From Sphaerotilus sp. (lineage in GTDB: Bacteria; Pseudomonadota; Gammaproteobacteria; Burkholderiales; Burkholderiaceae_C), in contig NZ_JAXHOF010000003.1 in the NCBI RefSeq assembly GCF_034519685.1, positions 528,967-592,966 on the forward strand: 64,000 nucleotides of DNA. Direction: 5' to 3'. Numbering within the stretch: position 1 is the stretch's first letter; each line of letters starts with the position of its first letter. The notes beneath the pieces were generated by a model that saw nothing but the letters and a program-made list of their open reading frames with translations, made no database searches and was not told the DNA's origin. Made by a program: the position numbers and the translations under genes. Below are positions 9,590 through 17,541 of the stretch, piece by piece.

Positions 9590-10192
9590 ATGAACGCACC
9601 GTCGAATCTGCGCCGCCTGCGTGGCGCCCGTATGGCTCTGACTGTCCCAGGCCGCATGCTCAGCCACCTCGCACGGCCCGAAGCCCGGGCGCGAGAAGCT
9701 GATGCGCTTGCCGGCCTGCTGGCGCCCTACGAAGGCTTCGACTTCGGGACGTTCCAGATCGTCGAGCACGATGCCAGGACGACGCCGGCCATCGATGAAG
9801 TCAGTGCTTTCGACGACTGGCCCGCGCCCGACATCGAGTGGCACTTCGTCCTGTCGTCGGTACTTGAGACCTTCATCGCCGCCGGCCTCGACGAGATCGA
9901 CGTGCAGATGTACCTGCGACGCCAGCTCGGCATCGACAGCCCCCCAACGTACGAACCCTGGACCGGCTTTGCGCAGGCGCTCGGCCCCAAGCCCGCCGGC
10001 ATGTTCGCCCTGCCCGGCTTCGAACTCGTCGTGTTCACCCTTGAGGTCCGCGGCCGGCGAAACATCCCAGCCGCCCGCCGCTGGCTGGCCGAGGTCTTCA
10101 TCCCGCGGTGGCTCGAACCGCTGCTGCGCGGTGCGTCCCGGCTGCCCCGGCACTTCATCGAGCTGGGATTTCGCGACATCCGCCCGAGCTGA
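9590..10192 (+). CDS. hypothetical protein (first gene of the co-directional small-ORF array)
   Basis: 200-aa ORF with ordinary, non-Arg-biased composition. Alternative starts at Met15 and Met23. Confidence 0.5.
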   Translation: MNAPSNLRRLRGARMALTVPGRMLSHLARPEARAREADALAGLLAPYEGFDFGTFQIVEHDARTTPAIDEVSAFDDWPAPDIEWHFVLSSVLETFIAAGLDEIDVQMYLRRQLGIDSPPTYEPWTGFAQALGPKPAGMFALPGFELVVFTLEVRGRRNIPAARRWLAEVFIPRWLEPLLRGASRLPRHFIELGFRDIRPS

Positions 10193-10566
10193 AACGCCGC
10201 ACCCACGATGCGCGGACCTCGACCCGTGCGGTCGGCATCGATGCGCATGCGCACGCCGGCGTCTTGCCCCGCGCCACCGCCTGCCCATACTGCGAACTGC
10301 TACCCGTGGATATCGCGTCCACACAGCCTTCACCGCCGCCTGTCGTCAGGCGACCTGAAGTCCAGCCTCGGCTGGCGTTGCGGCCGTTAACCGCCTTGAA
10401 GCGACCCGGTCTCGTCCGGGTCATGCCGCCATCGCGGCGTCGAGTTCTGCCCGGCTTTCGCAGTCGGGCGTAGCACCAGGTCCGGATCTTCCGATCCGCG
10501 GCCATCGCGCCCTGCCCTTGTGGCGAGGCACCCCGAACGGGAACCCTGTTTCCCGTGCCGGGTGGT

Positions 10567-10597
10567 GGGTGTTCCCTTTTCCCGAAGGAGAACACCC
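10567..10597 (+). promoter_or_regulatory. SD-occluding hairpin
   Basis: GGGTGTTC (10567-10574) pairs with GAACACCC (10590-10597). The 3' arm covers the end of the AAGGAG SD and the spacer up to ATG 10598. Confidence 0.5.
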
Positions 10598-10768
10598 ATG
10601 TCCTGTTCGACGAGAGCCTCGCGCTGCACCTGCGTGCTGCTGGGAGGGAACGGCCGCGCCGCGCCCAACCTGGTTCAAGCACGCCCGGTTGCCGCGCTGC
10701 TGCAGGCCGCCCCGGTGACTTGCCCCCGCATGGCGCAAGCCATCGAGTCCCTGCGCGCGGAAAGCTGA
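10598..10768 (+). CDS. small hypothetical protein (56 aa)
   Basis: ATG 10598 lies 8 nt after GGAG. The stop is 2 nt before the next ATG. Confidence 0.4.
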   Translation: MSCSTRASRCTCVLLGGNGRAAPNLVQARPVAALLQAAPVTCPRMAQAIESLRAES

Positions 10769-10770
10769 CG

Positions 10771-10971
10771 ATGTTGGTCGGCGTCTACCGCAAGCGCATT
10801 GCCGCGACGGCCGTTCAACTGGCCATCGACGACCCCAAGCTGGTCAAGGCAGTGATCGCCCGACTGCGCAAGTCCGGCGACATCGAACCCGACGATCTGG
10901 TCTACCTGGACCGCATCGCCGACAACTGGATCAGGATCGCCGAGCAGAACCGCCGGCCCCAACGAGCCTGA
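10771..10971 (+). CDS. small hypothetical protein (66 aa)
   Basis: MLVGVYRKRIAATAVQLAIDDPKLVK..., balanced composition. Starts 2 nt after the previous stop. Confidence 0.5.
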   Translation: MLVGVYRKRIAATAVQLAIDDPKLVKAVIARLRKSGDIEPDDLVYLDRIADNWIRIAEQNRRPQRA

Positions 10972-11217
10972 GTGGGTGCCACGCACCCCTCGGCCCGCGA
11001 AGGCCACGTCAAGCGATGGTGATCGTGATCGATAGATCGGGCCCCGCGTTGATTGGCGTGTCCACCACCCGGTGGACACCTGATCAGCGCCAGCCCGTGT
11101 TCCTGCGTGCCGAGTGCCTTCCAAGGTGCCTGCCCACGCCCTTGCAACCCCTGGGGAGTCCATTCCGTCTCCCCAGCCGGGGATGGGTGTTCCCTCTGCA
11201 CTTCACGGAGATGCACC

Positions 11218-11790
11218 ATGTCCTTCGAGAAACCACGTCCTCGTCCGCGCCGTTCCGGCGTCCTCGACGAGGAAGAGCGCGCCTGGGTGGACTTCTACCG
11301 GCGTGTCGGGCGCGAGCCCGCCATCGCTGCTGAAGTCCTGGCCCAGCTGGATGACGATCCGGAGATGAAGCGTGCCCACCTCGCGCTGTACCTGCGTTGC
11401 CGGCAATCGCTGGGCACGCAGCAGTTCAGGCAGGCACGCCACCAACGGATCGGGCAGTTCGTCCGCTGGCTTTGCCACGGACTGTTCGTCGTGCCGGTGC
11501 AGGCCCTGCACCGCGCATGGCACCTGGGCGGCGATCTGGCCGCCGAATGCCTGCCGGAGCGGATTCCCGTTCCGGTGGAGCCGACGCTGCGCCCGACCCG
11601 CAAGGCGACGCCGCGACCGAAGACCGCTGTTGTGACCACGGTAGTTGCCGCCGCACCCGCGGCAGCAGGCGTCGAGGAATCGTCCTCGCGCCAGATCCGG
11701 CCCGATGCCGTCGCCAAGGCGGCCGGGCCTGCGATGCCAGGAAGCTCTGCTCCAGGCATGGGCGCGACAACGCTCAGCGTCGTGCCCTGA
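11218..11790 (+). CDS. hypothetical protein (190 aa, Pro/Ala-rich C-terminus)
   Basis: ATG 11218 preceded by GGAG. The GGGTGTTCCCT motif lies 33 nt upstream. Confidence 0.55.
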   Translation: MSFEKPRPRPRRSGVLDEEERAWVDFYRRVGREPAIAAEVLAQLDDDPEMKRAHLALYLRCRQSLGTQQFRQARHQRIGQFVRWLCHGLFVVPVQALHRAWHLGGDLAAECLPERIPVPVEPTLRPTRKATPRPKTAVVTTVVAAAPAAAGVEESSSRQIRPDAVAKAAGPAMPGSSAPGMGATTLSVVP

Positions 11791-11970
11791 TCGTCGAACC
11801 CTCGCGCCCGCCTCCCAGGCGTTGCGCGAGGCGGTCGACACCCTCCTCCGAGCCCACGCCTGTCGCGGCGCGTGCCAACGGTCAGCGTCGAGTCCCTTAT
11901 GACAACGCGGACCACCCCACTTCACCGACTTGCCCGCGGCAGGTCGCCCCTCACGAAAGGACTTCTTCCC

Positions 11971-12570
11971 ATGACTTCTGCCGCCGACACCCTGCGCGCC
12001 ATCGAGGCACGCGCCGAACGCGCCATCGTCCAGGAACTGCACCTGATGACGCAGGAGATCCTGCGCCTGCGCACGCACCTGGTCCTCGAAGACCGTGCGC
12101 ATGCCGACGCCCTGCTGATGAAGCTCGACCACCTCGGGCGCGAACAAGTGGTGGCGCCCCGCGCTGCCGACGAGGCCACAGCCTTCCTGATGCCGCTGCT
12201 GCGGCTCGATCCGCTGACCATGGCCGAACCCAAGGCCTACAAGGCCTCGTTCTACAACCGCGAGTACGGCGACCTCGAAGACGTGGTCACCGTCGATGCG
12301 TTCGAGACCGGCGTGCAGGTCGTTCGCGACAGACTGCCCGCCGATGGCGAACACGTCATCGAAGCCACCTGGGCCAACGGCCACGGCCTGCTGACCGTGG
12401 CCTCGCCGCACGGCAGCGTGCTGGCTCGCCTCGAAACGCTGGACGACGCGATGCCTGAGGCATTGCCGCCGGTGCTCGACGCCTGCCAGGCGCTGCGCCA
12501 CGGCGACGCTTCGTCCGTCGCGCGGCTGTTCGAGCATGTGCCGAACGAGCGAACGCTCGAAGCAGCCTGA
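11971..12570 (+). CDS. hypothetical protein (199 aa)
   Basis: ATG 11971 preceded by GAAAGGA. Acidic, helical-looking sequence. Confidence 0.55.
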   Translation: MTSAADTLRAIEARAERAIVQELHLMTQEILRLRTHLVLEDRAHADALLMKLDHLGREQVVAPRAADEATAFLMPLLRLDPLTMAEPKAYKASFYNREYGDLEDVVTVDAFETGVQVVRDRLPADGEHVIEATWANGHGLLTVASPHGSVLARLETLDDAMPEALPPVLDACQALRHGDASSVARLFEHVPNERTLEAA

Positions 12571-12678
12571 CCTTCCGGGTCCGGCCCGCGCAACGCGAGA
12601 GAGTTTTTCAACCCCGAGGGGCACGCCTGCCCTTCGGGGGAGGTCGTGCCCCTTCTTGTTCATGAAGAAGTACCGAGC

Positions 12679-13158
12679 ATGACCACCGATTCAACGGCAT
12701 CCGACGACCAAGCCATCGTCGAGCCGACTCCCCCGGCGCTCGACGAAGCGTCGATCCTTGGGCGCAACAAACGCCTCCTGCTGTCTGCGCTGCGCCAGGT
12801 CGGCATCGCCCAGGTCACCATCACCTACGTGGGCATGGGCGACTCGGGCGGCGTGGAAGGCGTCGAAGCCGCAATGCCGGAAGGCACGTGCTTCAAAGCC
12901 ATGGCACCCGTCACCCTGCATACACAGCGCGCCACCTACAGCGATGGTGCGTGGCAAACGACCGAGGTCGAGCACTCGGTGCCGATCGAGCAAGCGCTGA
13001 GGGATTTCGCCGACGAGATCGTCGACTGGCTGCATGGCGGCTGGGAGAACGGCGACGGCGCCTCCGGCAGCGTGGTCTTCGACTGCGCGAAGGACAGCGT
13101 GCGCATCGAGCACACCGCGTACTTCACCGACTCCGACTACGAGGAAACGGTGCTGTGA
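12679..13158 (+). CDS. hypothetical protein (159 aa)
   Basis: ATG 12679. The stop overlaps the GTG of the next gene (GTGA at 13155-13158). Confidence 0.55.
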   Translation: MTTDSTASDDQAIVEPTPPALDEASILGRNKRLLLSALRQVGIAQVTITYVGMGDSGGVEGVEAAMPEGTCFKAMAPVTLHTQRATYSDGAWQTTEVEHSVPIEQALRDFADEIVDWLHGGWENGDGASGSVVFDCAKDSVRIEHTAYFTDSDYEETVL

Positions 13159-13937
13159 CGGCGGCGGCGCCCACGATGCACCGCTTCGCGGTTCACGTGT
13201 CGCTGGCCTGCTGGCCGGGGCTGCGCCACGAACAGGCTGCACAGCACTTGTCCGAAGAGATCAGCGAGCCCATGTTCGGACCGCTGTCGACGGCGCACGT
13301 GCAACTCGTCCCGCAGAGCTTCGGCATCATGACCGAGGATCTGGCCGATCAGTTGATGTCGGCCTTCCCGCAGGTGCGGTTCAGGCTGCACGCCAACGTG
13401 CGCGTGCTGCCCGAGCATCGCGTCGCCGATCTGTCGGGCTTCCAAGTCCAAGCGGATTGGTTTCGGCAAGCCGCCCGCATCAGCCGACGCTTGTCGGCCC
13501 CGGCCTACACGGCCCATGCCGGCCTGCGTTCGGAATCGACGCTGCCGGCGATGCTGGACAACGCGCGGCGCTGTGCCGACCTGTTCGGCTGCCCGGTCGG
13601 CGTCGAAGGCCTGTACCCGGCCCGCGGCGACGCGTGGCTGGTGTCGAGCTGGGCCGAGTACCGGCAGCTTTTCGAGTCCGGCGTGCCCTACGCGCTGGAC
13701 CTGTCGCACCTGAACATCCTGGCCACTGCCAGCGGTGTTCGCGACGACGCCCTCGTGCGCGAGATGCTGGCCTGCGAGCGCTGCATCGAAGTGCACGTCA
13801 GCGCCAACAACGGGCGCGGCGACTGGCACCAGGTCTGCGATCAAGCGCCCTGGTGGCATCCGCTGCTCGACTCCCTTCACCCCCACGCGGTGGTCTTCTC
13901 CGAAGGCAATCACCGCAGAAAGCGATCCACCCCATGA
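13155..13937 (+). CDS. xylose-isomerase-like TIM-barrel metalloenzyme candidate (Endo IV / DUF692-like motif pattern)
   Basis: 260 aa (GTG 13155 or ATG 13176). Ordered motifs: RFRLHAN, AYTAHAGL, VGVEGLYP, YALDLSHLN, EVHVSANNGRGDWHQ, VVFSEGN. Confidence 0.5.
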   Translation: MTAAAPTMHRFAVHVSLACWPGLRHEQAAQHLSEEISEPMFGPLSTAHVQLVPQSFGIMTEDLADQLMSAFPQVRFRLHANVRVLPEHRVADLSGFQVQADWFRQAARISRRLSAPAYTAHAGLRSESTLPAMLDNARRCADLFGCPVGVEGLYPARGDAWLVSSWAEYRQLFESGVPYALDLSHLNILATASGVRDDALVREMLACERCIEVHVSANNGRGDWHQVCDQAPWWHPLLDSLHPHAVVFSEGNHRRKRSTP

Positions 13938-14260
13938 GTTCCATCACCCCGGCCCCTGCGGCCGACTACCGGCTCGGCGCGTCTGGCCAGATCGAGTTGA
14001 CCGAAGAGGGCGAGGCCGTCGTGCGCGCCTTCCGCGAGGCCGAAGCAGCATTCGATGCCCTGGAGCCGAGCTGGGCCGGCGCCTACCTGGCCAGCCTGTT
14101 CGTGCGGCATCCCTGGCTGCAATCGCTGCGCATCGCCCTGCGGGCGTCGGCCGAGTACGACGATCAGGGTGGCAGCTATCGCAGTATCAGCAACAGCGTC
14201 TCCGCTGTGAGTTCGATTCCGGGAGCCGCGCTGCCCGAGGATCTGACCGACGACGGTTGA
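13934..14260 (+). CDS. hypothetical protein (108 aa)
   Basis: ATG 13934 overlaps the previous stop (ATGA). Confidence 0.5.
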   Translation: MSSITPAPAADYRLGASGQIELTEEGEAVVRAFREAEAAFDALEPSWAGAYLASLFVRHPWLQSLRIALRASAEYDDQGGSYRSISNSVSAVSSIPGAALPEDLTDDG

Positions 14261-14284
14261 TTCGACGAGACCGCTGCGATCAGT

Positions 14285-14482
14285 GTGATCGAAGCCGATC
14301 TGGACGAGAACGACTACTGCCTGTACAGCGCGATCAGCGACGGCCCCGACGGCTGGACTGAGCACGTCCTCGACGTGAGCCGCGACGCGATCTGCGAGTT
14401 GCTGGCCTGCACGCCCATCAGCGGGAGCTTGGTGTACCGGGCCGTGTGCCCGTCCCCGGTTGCAGACACGGCGACGCCGTAG
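14285..14482 (+). CDS. small hypothetical protein (65 aa)
   Basis: GTG start. Acidic sequence with ordinary composition. Weak support. Confidence 0.3.
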   Translation: MIEADLDENDYCLYSAISDGPDGWTEHVLDVSRDAICELLACTPISGSLVYRAVCPSPVADTATP

Positions 14483-14567
14483 CGCCGAGTCCACGTTGAT
14501 GAAATGAGCGGCGATAGACGCCGCTTCGATATCCACCCCGCGGGGCTGCCCCTGCCGGGTGGCCCCG

Positions 14568-14582
14568 CCTTCTTTCGGAAGG
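14568..14582 (+). promoter_or_regulatory. SD-occluding hairpin
   Basis: CCTTC (14568-14572) pairs with GAAGG (14578-14582). The GGAAGG SD lies in the 3' arm, 8 nt before ATG 14591. A 7-bp GCGGGGC/GCCCCGC hairpin lies just upstream (14540-14568). Confidence 0.45.
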
Positions 14583-14590
14583 CATACCTC

Positions 14591-15262
14591 ATGACCACGA
14601 TCAAGCTGGATCCCCAGCGCGGGCACTACGTGCTCCAACACGCCGATGGCGTCAGCTGCTTCGGCTTTGACAACGCGCGCGACCACACGAACCAGATCGC
14701 CGAGCGCCTGAACCGTCCCGACCTTCACTTCGCCGATTCCGACCACGGCGCCGAGAGCGGTTACCGCAAGTACCGGCTGGCCGTCGACGCCTGGTCGACC
14801 TCTCCGCAGCACGAGCACACCTACTTCGATCCGGGCACGCACCCCGACGCGCAACGGGCGCTGGAGACCTGCCGCCGGCGAGGCACGATGTGCCGGCTGA
14901 TCCTCGGTGACCCCGAGACCGGCGAGTCCTGGTTCGACGAGAACGACGTCGTCGGCCGAGTCGGACGCTCCTGCGGCGCGCTGAAGGTGCCGCTGCTCGT
15001 GCCACCCGGCGAAGACGGCGGGCCGGCGATTCTCACGGCTTGTCTGTTGGCAGTCATCGATTGGAAGAGCGGCAAGGCGGTCTTCCGCCACCCGCTGTAC
15101 TGTGAGCCCGAGCTCGGCTTGTTCCCCGAGACCGACGGTCGGTATCGATGGAGCGTTCGGCATCGCGACAAGACGCTGGCGCGCTTCGCCGACTTGACGA
15201 AGGCGGCGGCCTACCTCGCCTTCATGCGCGGTGCGACGATCGAGCCGAGAGTGTTCGCGTAG
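14591..15262 (+). CDS. hypothetical protein (223 aa)
   Basis: ATG 14591 inside ORF 14504-15262. Balanced composition. Confidence 0.55.
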   Translation: MTTIKLDPQRGHYVLQHADGVSCFGFDNARDHTNQIAERLNRPDLHFADSDHGAESGYRKYRLAVDAWSTSPQHEHTYFDPGTHPDAQRALETCRRRGTMCRLILGDPETGESWFDENDVVGRVGRSCGALKVPLLVPPGEDGGPAILTACLLAVIDWKSGKAVFRHPLYCEPELGLFPETDGRYRWSVRHRDKTLARFADLTKAAAYLAFMRGATIEPRVFA

Positions 15263-15377
15263 CAGGTCGTTCGGGACGTGCGTCCCGCTCGTCATCGTCG
15301 GCACGCACAACCACGCGCGCGCCAGGCATCTGCTTTGCGCGCACCCCCAGGCCCTGCACTGCAGATCCGTCCGACCC

Positions 15378-15412
15378 AAAAAAAGGACGCCCAAGCGTTG
15401 AGGCTCGGGCGT
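15378..15412 (-). terminator. intrinsic terminator oriented on the minus strand
   Basis: On the minus strand: ACGCCC-(14 nt)-GGGCGT, then CC and TTTTTTT (plus-strand A7 at 15378-15384). This is the longest A/T run I noticed in the window. Confidence 0.55.
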
Positions 15413-15747
15413 GAATGCACTCTCGTGCACAGGCACAGGGAGGAAGATGCCTGGCTCGGCCGCAGCGTGAGCCGCGCGAGCAGGTTCATTGTCCAACAGC
15501 GGGCAAGAGCCTCAACCCCGGCCTCCACGGATGCTGCGCGCACAGCGGTCGGCCTACGGAACATGGGCGCGGCTCGTCGAACAGTCGGCGCGCGAGCATC
15601 CAGGCGCGCGCCACACTGTGAGCGCTCCGAACGCTGCATCGCGCAGCGCCCCTGGTGACAAGCCAGCGTCGCAGTCGTCACCTGCCCCATAGCGGCCCAG
15701 GCCTGACCTGAGCCCCCCGATCCGGGAACGTCGTTCCCGAGCGGGTC

Positions 15748-15786
15748 GGCGTTCCCTCTTCCATTCGATTCACAGAGGAGAACGCC
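15748..15786 (+). promoter_or_regulatory. SD-occluding hairpin upstream of radC
   Basis: GGCGTTCCCTC (15748-15758) pairs imperfectly with GAGGAGAACGCC (15775-15786), which ends at ATG 15787. The TIR is nearly the same as at 10581-10600. Confidence 0.5.
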
Positions 15787-16380
15787 ATGCACATGGCACA
15801 ACTGTCCAACGAGGCACTGGCGCGCGAGCTGCTCGCGCCGGTGACCATCGCCAAACCTGGCGTCTGCGTGCTGACCGCCCGCGACGTAGAGAACGATCCC
15901 ACCAACGGCCTCATCGTCCACGGCCATCCCGCGCTGAAACACAAGCTCGGCATCGCTCGCGAACTGCTGCTGCGTGACCTTGCAGCGGCGATGCAGCGCG
16001 GCCCGGTCTTCGACTCGCCGCAGGTGCTGCGCGAGTGGCTGCGGCTGTACTGCGCCCGCATCGAGCACGAGGTGTTTCTCGTGCTGTACCTGGACGCGCA
16101 CCACGCGCTGTTCGAAGCCGAGGAGATGTTCCGCGGCACCTTGACGCAGACCAGCGTCTATCCGCGCGAGATCGTCAAGGGCGCACTGAGGCGCAACGCT
16201 GCCGCCGTGGCGTTCGCCCATCCGCACCCCTCATCGGGATGCGCCGAGCCCAGCCGGGCCGACGAGTTCCTCACCTCGACTCTTCGGCACGCGCTGAATC
16301 TTGTGGATGTGAGGGTCATCGACCACTTCATCGTCTCCGGCAACGCCGTGCTGAGCATGGCCGAACGCGGACTGGTGTAG
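15787..16380 (+). CDS. radC: RadC-like JAB-domain protein
   Basis: 197 aa. C-terminal VAFAHPHPSSGCAEPSRADEFLT...LVDVRVIDHFIV is the JAMM/RadC signature. Confidence 0.85.
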   Translation: MHMAQLSNEALARELLAPVTIAKPGVCVLTARDVENDPTNGLIVHGHPALKHKLGIARELLLRDLAAAMQRGPVFDSPQVLREWLRLYCARIEHEVFLVLYLDAHHALFEAEEMFRGTLTQTSVYPREIVKGALRRNAAAVAFAHPHPSSGCAEPSRADEFLTSTLRHALNLVDVRVIDHFIVSGNAVLSMAERGLV

Positions 16381-16384
16381 AGCC

Positions 16385-16567
16385 ATGGCAACCGCGTCGC
16401 AACCGTCATGCCCGATGTGTCCGGGGCAAGGTCAACTGCTGGGGCAACTCGGCCGACTGCGCTGGTACCGCTGCCGAGACTGCGGCTGGGACTTCAGCCG
16501 CGCAGCCCCGAATCGCCCTCAACGCAAGCCCGACTCATCCAACCGTGGAGAACAAAGTCATGCCTGA
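16385..16567 (+). CDS. small zinc-ribbon-like protein (60 aa)
   Basis: CPMC...17 residues...CRDC. Starts 4 nt after the radC stop. Confidence 0.4.
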   Translation: MATASQPSCPMCPGQGQLLGQLGRLRWYRCRDCGWDFSRAAPNRPQRKPDSSNRGEQSHA

Positions 16568-16721
16568 AGCCCTCGCCGCCCGGCCGCTGAACCTCGCTGA
16601 GCCGATGGCCGCGATCTTCGACCTCGCATGCCGTGCAGGCCTCGTGTGGCTGAAGTTCGATGCCGATGCCGGCCTCATCTATTGCCTGCCGACCGGCCGC
16701 GATACCGAGGCAGCGGCATGA
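16560..16721 (+). CDS. small hypothetical protein (53 aa)
   Basis: ATG 16560 overlaps the previous ORF by 8 nt. Confidence 0.35.
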   Translation: MPEALAARPLNLAEPMAAIFDLACRAGLVWLKFDADAGLIYCLPTGRDTEAAA

Positions 16722-17047
16722 GCAGGCACCATGTCCAATCCGAGTTCGACAGCCACCCAGTCGTCGTCGTGGCCGGCTACGACCGGCCGACGAAGGAGTT
16801 CTTCCTGCAGGTGTTGCCCGACGACGGTGACACCGAAGGCGAAGAGGTGGTCTTGTACAGCAGCCTGCACGAGCCCCAGCGCGACTGGCGCGATCCCGAC
16901 ACCCTGCACGTGGTCGTGGCCGAGTTGCGCCTGAGCTTGCCGCCCGGGATGCTCGATGCAGTGAGCAACGACCGGGCTTCGAACACCGGCAATCGCATCG
17001 TCGTTCACCACTTCGATCAGCCGCCGGAGGTGCTGCTGGCTGGTTGA
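16718..17047 (+). CDS. hypothetical protein (109 aa)
   Basis: ATGA overlap with the previous stop. Acidic, balanced composition. Confidence 0.5.
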   Translation: MSRHHVQSEFDSHPVVVVAGYDRPTKEFFLQVLPDDGDTEGEEVVLYSSLHEPQRDWRDPDTLHVVVAELRLSLPPGMLDAVSNDRASNTGNRIVVHHFDQPPEVLLAG

Positions 17048-17269
17048 CTGTTTCACCCTCACTCACCCCACCCTACTTCACTGATGTGGGGCACCGTGCT
17101 GCCAAGCCGGTGCCCCGCTCTCCCTTTCCGGCACCTGCAGCGCTCACCCCGCCGAAGCGCAGCCCAGGGATCAGATCCGCGGCCGCCGATTGACCGATTG
17201 ACCTTGACACGGGGGCAAGGCCTACGCTGCCAACACTCGGGGCAGTGGTGCCCCGCTTGGAGGCCTGCT

Positions 17270-17500
17270 ATGAACAGCGACCTCGGATCCTGCCTTCGCC
17301 TCGCGCGAGGCCTTTTGCAGCTCTACCGTCTGGCCGTCGCGAGTGAGCACCGCGGCGTTGCTGATCACTTGTTGTGCGCCCTGGAGCAGCTCGCGAAGAG
17401 CGAAGCTGCGTGCGAGCGCCTGCTCGATCAGGCATACCTGTGGGGAATCAGTCACCATGATTCGACCGACCCGCGCACGCCACGCGCCGAGCCGCAGTGA
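17270..17500 (+). CDS. small hypothetical protein (76 aa)
   Basis: ATG 17270 lies 6 nt after GGAGG (17259-17263). Confidence 0.4.
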   Translation: MNSDLGSCLRLARGLLQLYRLAVASEHRGVADHLLCALEQLAKSEAACERLLDQAYLWGISHHDSTDPRTPRAEPQ

Positions 17501-17541
17501 TCGATGCCGGCGCCGGCGGCGGCTTGGGGGAGGCGCGGCCG

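Noticed and set aside
11203-15496. Long minus-strand ORFs (11203-12663, 486 aa; 13910-15496, 528 aa) across the small-ORF array.
   Set aside because: The plus-strand genes have SD sequences, start/stop coupling and balanced composition. The minus-strand products are Arg/Gly/Ala-rich. One of them reads straight through the minus-strand terminator at 15378-15412.
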